Below the pieces are notes generated by a model that did no database searches, was not told the origin of the DNA, and worked only from the letters and a program-made list of their open reading frames with translations. From Bdellovibrio sp. (GTDB lineage: Bacteria; Bdellovibrionota; Bdellovibrionia; Bdellovibrionales; Bdellovibrionaceae), in NCBI GenBank assembly GCA_036677065.1, contig JAKFBS010000001.1, positions 320,001-384,000 of the forward strand: a stretch of 64,000 bases of DNA, given 5' to 3'. This document shows, piece after piece, positions 1 through 8,384 of the stretch (its first letter is position 1; each line of letters begins with the position of its first letter). The position numbers and the translations under genes were made by a program.

Positions 1-76
1 TAGTGATTTTTGGGTCCGTATTTTTGCCACAAAACTTTGTTGATTGAGGAGAATGTGTTTGTGACGGGATGCTGAT

Positions 77-105
77 TTGGTGTTTTCAAAAAAGTGGAGT
101 ATAAT
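77..105 (+). promoter_or_regulatory. sigma70-type promoter of tmRNA
   Basis: TTGGTG (77-82), 17 bp spacer, TATAAT (100-105), ~20 bp upstream of the tmRNA 5' end. Confidence 0.6.
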
Positions 106-124
106 GTTCAAGTACAAACTTAAT

Positions 125-477
125 GGGGGTGTACTGGCTTCGACGTGGGTCGTGAAGCAAAGGGAGCATACCGGGGCGCATGTGGACCTCGATAAAAACG
201 TGCATATTACAATTGCTAACAACAATTATCAATTAGCAGCTTAGTTCTGTTAACGGATTTGGCGTAGGTCGACGGTGTCGATGCCTGATCCGCCGATAAT
301 GCCGTCTCGGACTTCACTGGTTTCTCTGGAGTGAAGTCTTAATAGTTATCCAGGGGATTGTTGTTCAGGATTTTGTTTGTGGAGGCCTGAGCAACTTAAT
401 TAAAACATAAACTAAGTATGTAGCGCCTTTCTGTGGATCTCTTGCGGACCCGGGTTCAATTCCCGGCACCTCCACCA
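125..477 (+). ncRNA. ssrA: tmRNA (transfer-messenger RNA)
   Basis: 5' GGGGGTG pairs with 3' CACCTCC-ACCA; T-arm CCGGGTTCAATTCCCGG; internal tag frame 215-244 encodes ANNNYQLAA-stop; length 353 nt. Confidence 0.97.
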
Positions 478-705
478 ATTTTTTTGTTCGATGTTTTTCA
501 ATAGGACATCGAACGGTTTTCTGTAGTCATATTCGATAGTTCTATCTTTCAATTTTAAGTTCGATAGGACCATTTTCGCTAAACGTGTTCTCTCTAAATC
601 GTTTCCAGATGTTTGCATGAATGATTTGAAGTGAGAGAAAAGTTCAATTAGTCGTAATCCCTGAGTATATGTTTTGTGATCGGCTTCGTTGTAAGCAGCA
701 ATCGC
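412..705 (-). pseudogene. C-terminal remnant of a large serine recombinase/integrase
   Basis: open frame AIAAYNEADHKTYTQGLRLIELF...RTRLAKMVLSNLKLKDRTIEYDYRKPFDVLLKNIEQKNWWRCRELNP resembles serine-integrase C-termini; preceded by an in-frame stop (706-708); runs antisense into the tmRNA 3' end. Confidence 0.7.
437..482 (+). repeat. attL direct repeat (tmRNA 3' end)
   Basis: ATCTCTTGCGGACCCGGGTTCAATTCCCGGCACCTCCACCAATTTT, identical to 10792-10837. Confidence 0.95.
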
Positions 706-728
706 TTATAGAAAAGCGGGGCTTTAGA

Positions 729-1103
729 ATGAATTTAAAATCATCATCTATTAAAGCTGTAGTTCATTTATTGATTTCAATTGGCGTAATTTCAGCATTC
801 ATAATCTTCGCATTTTCGAATAAGTGTGAAGCGTCAAGTGCATTAAGCTTGGTTTATGCAATAGGTCTTTTCCTATTAGCCTTGTTAGGGATTTCAGCCG
901 TCGTAGGTAAAGAAAAAATTCGTGAAATTAAAGGATTATTTTCACATTTTGTAAAAGCAATTAAGCCTGAAGAAGATGGAATCATTCACTCGTTAGCGAA
1001 ACACGATAATGCTATTTACTGTATTACTTTTATCATTGCTATCATAATCATAGCTCTGATTGTTCTAGTTCTAAATAGACATGTGATCGTGGCAAATTTT
1101 TAG
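729..1103 (+). CDS. hypothetical membrane protein (~3 TM)
   Basis: ORF 669-1103, likely start ATG 729; three hydrophobic segments. Confidence 0.6.
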   Translation: MNLKSSSIKAVVHLLISIGVISAFIIFAFSNKCEASSALSLVYAIGLFLLALLGISAVVGKEKIREIKGLFSHFVKAIKPEEDGIIHSLAKHDNAIYCITFIIAIIIIALIVLVLNRHVIVANF

Positions 1104-2390
1104 CTAAGTTTCCAGCGCTTCAATTTGTAGGGGTATTTTCACTATGCCCGCAGTGACAAATTTAAGATATTCAGCTTTTTTATCCGCGTTGGATTCAAAT
1201 AAATTATTTAATCCAGTTGCGACGTCCCATGCGTAGTTCGAAGAATTAAATCCCTCATAAATCGCTACCGCTATTTCCTCATCTATAACATTAACCTCTA
1301 GATATTTGATAACTAATGAAGCTTTTGAATTTGCATAGACAAAATTCTCAAATAAATCACCAGTAATTTTTTGTTTCAAGAATTTGTAGAAGCCTATATT
1401 TTTTAATAATATATCTTCATGTGGTTCTGATTTAAATGACCTTGCTCTCGAATATACTATCTCAAAAAGTTCGGGATAGTCAGATTCATCTATAAGTTTT
1501 TCCGAAATTATGCTTACTAATAAAGGTATGTCTTTTTTTGAAAGTTTAAAAAGCTCGTCGTGCCATAATTTGCGAGTAAGAGTTGGAAATCCATTCAGTA
1601 TCTGAACTTTAGATGGATGCAGACGAAGAAACTTAAATGCGCGCGATTCATTTTTAAGGATAAAAATAGAACAAGCATCTCTAACATTTTGAGTTGCGAT
1701 TTCAAAGACTCTATTGGAAAAGTTATAAAAATTAATATTTTTAGTGCCAAATACGAAAGTTAAAGATGAGTCATCAGACTTTAGTTCATTGAAAATTGTT
1801 GTAAAAAAATTAGGTAGCTCTGTAGCAAGTACCGCATTTGCTATATCAGAAACTAAATAGTCAGGATTAACTCCAGGTTTAGTTCTTGATGGATCGTAGT
1901 GAACTTTTATTTTTTCAATAAGACTGTCTTTACTTCCGTTAACTACAATTTTAGATAAATTTGTCCGTAAAAAAAATAAAAATGTTCTCACGTGGGCAGC
2001 TTCAATATGGCTATCTTTGGCGTGAGCGCAATCGTTTCTACGGTCTTTCCAAAATCTGATTTGCAGCCTGATGTCTTCACTCAAGATAAACACTGGAGCT
2101 GGCTTAATTTGTACGAGCGCTTCAAGCACTGCTTTATCCCATATATCGGGACCATTAGCTTTATCCTGTATTGTTCGCCAATGTGTGCCGTCAAAGCCTA
2201 CTGGCGCCTTTGCTGTAGTAATGCGTTCACGAATAATATTTGAAAACAATAGATGCGAAAAAAGTAGAGCGGCACTAAAAGCCTCATTGTGATAGCATTT
2301 TTTAGCCTCTACAAATAGACGTTTTGATTCTGCTGATAGACCCTGAGACAATATCCAGGTTTCAAAATTTTGATCCACGAATTTCTCCAA
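1104..2390 (-). CDS. HEPN-like (RxxxxH) domain protein, putative defence RNase
   Basis: 428 aa, TTG start; helical N-terminal domain EAKKCY..AFSAALL with an RNDCAH motif. Confidence 0.6.
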   Translation of the reverse strand: MEKFVDQNFETWILSQGLSAESKRLFVEAKKCYHNEAFSAALLFSHLLFSNIIRERITTAKAPVGFDGTHWRTIQDKANGPDIWDKAVLEALVQIKPAPVFILSEDIRLQIRFWKDRRNDCAHAKDSHIEAAHVRTFLFFLRTNLSKIVVNGSKDSLIEKIKVHYDPSRTKPGVNPDYLVSDIANAVLATELPNFFTTIFNELKSDDSSLTFVFGTKNINFYNFSNRVFEIATQNVRDACSIFILKNESRAFKFLRLHPSKVQILNGFPTLTRKLWHDELFKLSKKDIPLLVSIISEKLIDESDYPELFEIVYSRARSFKSEPHEDILLKNIGFYKFLKQKITGDLFENFVYANSKASLVIKYLEVNVIDEEIAVAIYEGFNSSNYAWDVATGLNNLFESNADKKAEYLKFVTAGIVKIPLQIEALET

Positions 2391-2619
2391 ATTGATTTTC
2401 CTTATTTTGATTAAAAAATCAGAATAGTGTAACTAATATTTTATTGATACGTACGTTGGTATGGTTAAAATAAAAACTTGGTTCAATACAGAATATCTTA
2501 GTCGTATATTGAATTGTAATGGTTGAGTTCTGTTTGCAAAGAGTTAATATTAAACAGTCTTTATTAGGTTTAAAGCTTTGCTGTATTTAATGGTCTACGG
2601 TAGTGTAACTGGAGAGTAA

Positions 2620-3108
2620 ATGAATCCAAAAATCAAAAAAATTAGCTATAAAATCTATCTTTCTGTTCAAGTAAGCATTTTGGTAATTGGAATTGGCGCT
2701 TTTCTGTGGAACGTGGTTGCTGCAATACACGATTTAAATATTTCTGCTAAAGGTAAAGCCTGTGTGGAAAGTGCTCTTGGGCCGGAAGTGTTTGAAAATG
2801 TTAATCCACAGTTAAAGTCAGCTCGTTGGACAGATTATGTTGAGTGGTACGCGGAACATCGAGATCACCCGTATAAAATGTATGCCATCAAGGAACTATT
2901 AGAAAGAAAATGCTCAGAGTACTTAAATGTTAGCATTTATAAATCTCTTAATACTGTTGGCGTATACACAAATAATTATATTGATGGTTATCCCGCTACA
3001 ATCTACGAGAGACTGGAATACATTGGCTTAAGTATTCTCATTCCTGGATTTTTAATGTCACTTCTATTTGGGCTGTCAAAATGGATCTCTTGGCTATTGA
3101 ATGATTAA
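2620..3108 (+). CDS. hypothetical 2-TM membrane protein
   Basis: GGAGAG RBS; N- and C-terminal hydrophobic helices. Confidence 0.7.
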   Translation: MNPKIKKISYKIYLSVQVSILVIGIGAFLWNVVAAIHDLNISAKGKACVESALGPEVFENVNPQLKSARWTDYVEWYAEHRDHPYKMYAIKELLERKCSEYLNVSIYKSLNTVGVYTNNYIDGYPATIYERLEYIGLSILIPGFLMSLLFGLSKWISWLLND

Positions 3109-3130
3109 GCTCGATAAAAAGGAACTATGA

Positions 3131-3688
3131 ATGAGTATTGAAATTTTAATAGTTACTTATGCTTTTGTAGTTTTATATAAGTTCTTTTTAAATTTATTTA
3201 GATTTTTTCGTACAAAGCATTTTTTAGATTGGTACAGTTCATGGTTGAAAACTAAAGAGTGGGATCTTGTTCAATATCAAGCGGAAGTGGTGGAGTTATT
3301 TAAAAAAGCGAATGTAACTGACGCTTCAGTACCCGTCGTTGAGCCCGTAGGTTTTGGTAGGGTTATGACGACAACCACTAGCATTTTCATAAACTTTCCT
3401 AGCCAAGATCTAAACACGGCTACCTTACTAATTAGTTGTTTCCATAAAGCTATAGGCGTCTATAGAAGACGAATATGGCAGTCCATAAATCCGTTTTGGT
3501 GGATAGAGTTTTTGATTTTTTTGCCTGTAAATGTAATCAACTATTTAGGGCTATCTTCTGAAAATATCACAACTAAAATATTTCAATTAATTTACTGGGT
3601 TATTGGAGTTGGGTTCACACTGGCACTGTCATTATACCCAGAAACAATCCGTGCAAAAGTTGAACAATTGTTTGAATTGGTAAAGTGA
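3131..3688 (+). CDS. hypothetical membrane protein
   Basis: 185 aa, AAGGA RBS, hydrophobic segments at both ends. Confidence 0.7.
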   Translation: MSIEILIVTYAFVVLYKFFLNLFRFFRTKHFLDWYSSWLKTKEWDLVQYQAEVVELFKKANVTDASVPVVEPVGFGRVMTTTTSIFINFPSQDLNTATLLISCFHKAIGVYRRRIWQSINPFWWIEFLIFLPVNVINYLGLSSENITTKIFQLIYWVIGVGFTLALSLYPETIRAKVEQLFELVK

Positions 3689-3762
3689 ATTAGGATTTAT
3701 ATTGATATATATGGGTAAAAAATTGCTCCAAAACTCTTAAAAAGGTTTGAATTGGCTTAAGA

Positions 3763-4380
3763 GTGGCAAGATTAATTACCAAGATAAGGACGAGTATGCT
3801 TGAGTCGATATGTAATATTATTGAAGCTGTTTGGAATTGGAGTTCTAGTTTTCAACGAGCAGACTATTTTTCATTTTCTGGCGCGATGGTTGCTTTTTCT
3901 TCTTTATGTGTGAGTTACGTAAACTTTCGACGAGATCGTGGACATCTAGATGTAAAAATTGGACTTTGGCATTCTCATGATATCGCGACGGGTGCGCGAA
4001 CGGGCAGTTTTATTCGCATAACTGCTGTAAATTCAGGTCGTCGCCCGATTGTTGCTGACTCAGTCGGAGGGTTCCCTAGGTGGCAATCAATCAAGCGTTT
4101 TTTAAACCGTCGTTTTCCTGATTCTTTTAAGCCTGTTGGCTTTTTTATTGTAGAACAAAAGGTGATTGATGAACTGGTAGATAGATCTACTGGGCGCTAT
4201 AAGACGGTTAAGGAAGGAGATAGCATCCAGATTTCGCTACCGATAACAGGTCCAATTCCTTCTGATAATGCCTTTTCGAAAATGCATAAATTTTATGTGG
4301 GTGATTCAACTGGGAGAGAATATTATGCTCCAGATCATATTTTGAAAAAATTCAAAAAAGATTTAAAATCACATGCATAG
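3763..4380 (+). CDS. hypothetical protein with N-terminal TM helix
   Basis: 205 aa ORF; start may be internal (ATG ~3796). Confidence 0.65.
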   Translation: MARLITKIRTSMLESICNIIEAVWNWSSSFQRADYFSFSGAMVAFSSLCVSYVNFRRDRGHLDVKIGLWHSHDIATGARTGSFIRITAVNSGRRPIVADSVGGFPRWQSIKRFLNRRFPDSFKPVGFFIVEQKVIDELVDRSTGRYKTVKEGDSIQISLPITGPIPSDNAFSKMHKFYVGDSTGREYYAPDHILKKFKKDLKSHA

Positions 4381-4424
4381 TTTAAACCTATGGTCAGACT
4401 TAAAGTAAGTATTACTGATTTCAG

Positions 4425-4618
4425 AAATGTTCTCTATCGTCCTAAATGTTCTCCAAATTAAGGGAATGACTTAAGACGGTTATTTTATGGAATCGACTTT
4501 AAGTATGCTGTTATGTGCTTTCTAACTAGCTAAAATCATTGATATTGTGGATAATGATTCTAAAGTAAACTGGAGAACAACGGTTGGACATACTGACCCA
4601 GTCCTCCACCATTTTTTT
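4425..4618. repeat. internal att-like site with integrase arm-type repeats
   Basis: AAATGTTCTC at 4425-4434 and 4444-4453; inverted GGAGAACA at 4572-4579; CCTCCACCA-T-run at 4603-4618 matches the tmRNA 3' terminus. Confidence 0.55.
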
Positions 4619-4671
4619 ATGCGGAAAACTGCATCCACATGAAATATGTTGAGCCGGGATAATAGGAGAAA

Positions 4672-5679
4672 ATGCAAAAATATATTTTCATTTTTATCTT
4701 TTTTATTCTAATCGGATGTCAATCGAGTCCAACTCAAAATGTAAATTCCGAATCAGACGCTGGGGTGAATCCCAACCATAAAGTTGATATTCAAGAAAAA
4801 TTTTCTCAGCTGAAATCAACGGATATATCCGAATGGCCTGAAGCTGATTTTAAAAACTGTGATTATTATCAAAAAGTAGAAAAAATACTAAAGTGTGCAC
4901 CCCAAGGACACGACTACTTAATTAACTACGGGTATTTCTATTGCAAAGAATTTAAAAAAGAGAGTCAGCGTTGGTCTAAAGAAGCACAACTTTGGACTCA
5001 GAATACAGGCCAATGTTTGCAAGAAATGATAAAAGATAACAAGGAAAAAAGGATTGTCCCTTGTGGTCAAATGGAAGAATTTGCTTTTGATGTCCACCCC
5101 GTGTGTTACAAACAATACAAAATTTGCGATTTGCGAGTAGGTGACATTTATAACATAACTACCACTGTGCGCAGGATTGATCTTTTAACTCGTAGGTCAC
5201 TTAGCCAGATGATAAATGTAGGCTTGGCCTGCTTTGAAAAATATTTTTCTGTTGAAGAGAGCGCAACATTCAATCGAATTGCAATAGTAACCAGAAAATA
5301 TAATCTTCATGATAGAGAAAAAGCTGTTAATGTTTTTCAATTAGCCCCTAGGGAAAGTTTTTCGGCGAGACGAAGTTATTTTAAATATGCTTTGAGTCTT
5401 TTGTTGGGTACAAAAAAATCCCCAGCACCTAATCAAGCGGTTAAAATTTATTCTGATAAATTTGGTAAACCAGCAGTCGAGGGTAGAAGTGACGTGTCTT
5501 TTTTTGACTGCAGTGAATCAGTGGCTTTAAATGGCAAGGAAGCGCATTGTCGAGATGATTATGTCAGAGAATTCAAAGGCCTTTCACAAGTGGAAGCACA
5601 GGGGATTTCAAGTGAAGTAAGTGCGGAAGACTTCGCGCGCGTTGTTGAAACTTTAAAGCGTTGGAGTCAGTACAAATAA
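4672..5679 (+). CDS. Cys-rich lipoprotein
   Basis: lipobox LIGC; CDYY..C..YGYFYC..CLQ..C..AFDVH..CY..IC pattern. Confidence 0.75.
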   Translation: MQKYIFIFIFFILIGCQSSPTQNVNSESDAGVNPNHKVDIQEKFSQLKSTDISEWPEADFKNCDYYQKVEKILKCAPQGHDYLINYGYFYCKEFKKESQRWSKEAQLWTQNTGQCLQEMIKDNKEKRIVPCGQMEEFAFDVHPVCYKQYKICDLRVGDIYNITTTVRRIDLLTRRSLSQMINVGLACFEKYFSVEESATFNRIAIVTRKYNLHDREKAVNVFQLAPRESFSARRSYFKYALSLLLGTKKSPAPNQAVKIYSDKFGKPAVEGRSDVSFFDCSESVALNGKEAHCRDDYVREFKGLSQVEAQGISSEVSAEDFARVVETLKRWSQYK

Positions 5680-5728
5680 CTTCTACTTTCTTTGAGTACT
5701 GAGATCGATTCCTTTTTTTATGATCACG

Positions 5729-6307
5729 CTAAGTAAGCGTAAAGCCAATTTCTTTTAGAAGAGTTTGGCACTCGGAATTTAAATTTTCTCTGTAAGGATT
5801 TTTCATTTTTGCTAAGCCAGTTTCAATTATTTCTTTGCTCACCAAATTCAGCGTAAGCAGATTTTTAAGTGCATCACCTGTGCGCCAAGTTTTATCGGCG
5901 CCAAGAAATGCGGTAGACAATTGATGTAGTTTTGTATCGTTAGTTAAAAGCTTTTTAGAATTTTTTTTCGCCAAAATTAATAGTTCGCGATCATAATGGC
6001 TCGATGGAGCTGTATTTGTAGCGGGCAAGCCTTCTTCAAATTTTTGAAATCGTCCGTGTGCCTGTATTTGTTTATCTTGAGGTAGTGTAAGGAGTTGCGT
6101 GTATGTGTTCACATTGTTTAGTAAGAACTCAAATATATCTTTTAGCCTTTCTTCTTTTTGTGAGTCTTTTCGTAGGCGGTGTAATTCTGTTTTAACAATC
6201 TGGTGCAATACGATTTTGCAATCATTGTGTGGATTCTGTAAAATGGCTGGGCAGATAATCGCAAGATGAATGGCAACATTTGTATCGCAGACAATTACTT
6301 CAGACAT
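5729..6307 (-). CDS. PIN-domain ribonuclease
   Basis: VCDTNV, VKTEL, YDRELL and LTNDTKL supply the acidic tetrad. Confidence 0.8.
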   Translation of the reverse strand: MSEVIVCDTNVAIHLAIICPAILQNPHNDCKIVLHQIVKTELHRLRKDSQKEERLKDIFEFLLNNVNTYTQLLTLPQDKQIQAHGRFQKFEEGLPATNTAPSSHYDRELLILAKKNSKKLLTNDTKLHQLSTAFLGADKTWRTGDALKNLLTLNLVSKEIIETGLAKMKNPYRENLNSECQTLLKEIGFTLT

Positions 6308-6308
6308 T

Positions 6309-7481
6309 TTATGGTTCTTTTAAACTTGCTAGAGCGGTACTGGCCCATTTATGGAACATTTCTTCGGCGGTTCCGATCTCTACACTAAAAAGCTCTGTAA
6401 ATTTTCGTGCCGTAATAGAGTTATTGATAGCTCCATTTTTAATATGGAAGAAGAATCGCAACAAAATATTTGAATTGATTTCTGAGGATTCCCAAAATTC
6501 TTTAAAGGAATTTAAATTGGTCGGATCGAATTTGTTGAAAGTGGAGATTTCAACATTAGGCATAGATTTATAATTCGCCTCAGCAAGATCAATAATTTTT
6601 TTATGTAGAGGATCTTTTTGTGAGAAATACCCCAATTTTTTTAATCTAATAGCAGAGCTGAATTGGCCTCCGCCAAGTTCATATTTTAAATTGTTAAGTA
6701 AGTTGAGCATGGATTCTTGCGACTTACTTTCAATAATTTTTTTAATATCGTCTTGCCTCAAGTCAAAATAGCTTTGTGGGTATATAAGTTCATCGGCGAC
6801 TGTATTGCAAAAAGTCTCTTCTTCTCTTGAGTAACCGTGATCAGGTCTAAATAGATGACACAATTCATGACAAAGATTAAAAACTAGTAATTCTTCCGGT
6901 GCAGATGAATCAAGGAAAATTAAAAAACGTTGCTCGTTAGTTACTGAGAAAGCTGTTTCGTATTCATCGGGACTTACGAGTCTTAGTTTTTTAAATGGAA
7001 TAATAGCAACTTCAATACCTTGAGAGGATAAGGTGTGAACTGTCGGCTTCAGAAAATTAAAGCTACTTATGTTGCAAGTTTTTCTAATTTGGTCAGCGAC
7101 TTCTTTAGCCGATGTGACTTTAGAGAGATTTGGCGGAAAAAAGTGAGCCTTAGAGTTTAAATAAGTTAGGCTAAAGAGTGTTTTTGATAACTCGATAGCT
7201 TGTTGTTTTACCTCTGGTGGAGGATCTTCTAAATATTTTTTTCTAAAAAAAACTTTATGCTTTGGTAGCATCAAGATGTCATCTAATTCTTGATCGTCTA
7301 AATCTAGAGTTTCTGTTAAGTCCCAAAGATATTTTGAGTAGATATAGCCTTCGTTGACCCAACGTGAAAATGATTTATCGTTAGCTCCAATTTTAGCGGC
7401 TAATTCAAATTGAGAAATCTTGCGTTTATCCAGCGCGATATCAAAGGCTGTCTTATTAAGACGTTGCTTTACATCTTCCAT
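6309..7481 (-). CDS. XRE-HTH + ImmA/IrrE-family Zn metallopeptidase
   Basis: N-terminal SQFELAAKIGANDKSFSRW HTH; HELCH (HExxH) followed by EETFCN. Confidence 0.85.
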   Translation of the reverse strand: MEDVKQRLNKTAFDIALDKRKISQFELAAKIGANDKSFSRWVNEGYIYSKYLWDLTETLDLDDQELDDILMLPKHKVFFRKKYLEDPPPEVKQQAIELSKTLFSLTYLNSKAHFFPPNLSKVTSAKEVADQIRKTCNISSFNFLKPTVHTLSSQGIEVAIIPFKKLRLVSPDEYETAFSVTNEQRFLIFLDSSAPEELLVFNLCHELCHLFRPDHGYSREEETFCNTVADELIYPQSYFDLRQDDIKKIIESKSQESMLNLLNNLKYELGGGQFSSAIRLKKLGYFSQKDPLHKKIIDLAEANYKSMPNVEISTFNKFDPTNLNSFKEFWESSEINSNILLRFFFHIKNGAINNSITARKFTELFSVEIGTAEEMFHKWASTALASLKEP

Positions 7482-7587
7482 TAGGTTCCTCGGTTTTTAA
7501 GTTACCGCATTATTGTCGGCACAAATCTTATAAAAATCAACTTATGCATGAGATATATTTGCACATAAGCGATTAAATATCCATAAA

Positions 7588-7635
7588 AAGATTAAAATCT
7601 CATTAAAATGTGCATTTTTATGAGATTTTAATCTT
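7588..7635. promoter_or_regulatory. 48-bp near-perfect palindrome (candidate operator) in a divergent promoter
   Basis: AAGATTAAAATCTCAT / ATGAGATTTTAATCTT perfect 16-bp arms plus inner AAAATG/CATTTT; abuts TTGAAA-17-TAGTTT. Confidence 0.7.
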
Positions 7636-7697
7636 GAAATTGACTGTAAAATGGGCTAGTTTGTTTATAAGTCAATTAACGCTACAAGGAGGTAGTT

Positions 7698-7925
7698 ATG
7701 GCTAGTAAGAAATCAGTTCACACAGTTCCATCTGGAAATGGATGGGCAAACAAACAGGGCGGGAAAGAAATTTCTCATCACCATACAAAGGCCAACGCAG
7801 AGAGTGCCGGACGTCAGCAAGCTAAGCAAAGCCACACTGAGCACGTCATTCATAATAAAAATGGCCAGATCGGCGAAAAGAACAGTTATGGCAATGATTC
7901 GTGTCCACCAAAGGACAAGAGGTAA
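7698..7925 (+). CDS. DUF2188-family small protein
   Basis: VHTVP..GWA...TKANA..GR..A.....VIHNKNGQI..NSYGND.CPP pattern; AGGAGG RBS. Confidence 0.85.
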   Translation: MASKKSVHTVPSGNGWANKQGGKEISHHHTKANAESAGRQQAKQSHTEHVIHNKNGQIGEKNSYGNDSCPPKDKR

Positions 7926-7928
7926 ATT

Positions 7929-8384
7929 ATGGCTCATCCTTTAGTCGTTGGTGGTTTAGTAATGCTAGGTGCAGGGTTACTATTAGAAGAGGAAAAGAAA
8001 GTGAAAAAAGTTTTTATTAGTTTTGATTATGAAAATGACGAGTTTTTGAGAACGGCTTTAGTTGGCCAGGCAAAACATCCGGATACGCCTTTCGAGATTA
8101 TTGACAAATCTTTAAAGGAACCTTTTGTTGGCGATTGGAAGTCAAAAGTAAGAGCCAGAATTCAAAAAACTGATTTAGTCGTTATTATGTGCGGGCAGCG
8201 AACCCATACGGCGACTGGCGTTGCGGCTGAAGTTTTAATGGCGCAAGAGCTAGGAAAACCTTATTTTTTATTGCAGGGTTATTCGGGAAGAAATTGTACA
8301 AGACCAACGACAGCTAGATCATCCGATAAAATGTATAGCTGGACATGGGATAATCTGAAAGTACTTGTTGGAGGAGGCCGTTGA
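7929..8384 (+). CDS. TIR-domain protein (MTH538/DUF1863, ThsB-like)
   Basis: VFISFDYEND, D.SLKEP, W...R.RI, GVAAE (catalytic Glu), WTWDNL. Confidence 0.85.
   Translation: MAHPLVVGGLVMLGAGLLLEEEKKVKKVFISFDYENDEFLRTALVGQAKHPDTPFEIIDKSLKEPFVGDWKSKVRARIQKTDLVVIMCGQRTHTATGVAAEVLMAQELGKPYFLLQGYSGRNCTRPTTARSSDKMYSWTWDNLKVLVGGGR

Noticed and set aside
412..618. 68-aa ORF as an intact small gene
   Set aside because: The frame extends upstream without a proper start and overlaps tmRNA antisense; it is better explained as an integrase remnant.
7929..8384. Calling the locus canonical Thoeris (thsAB)
   Set aside because: No SIR2/SLOG or Macro-domain ThsA is adjacent.
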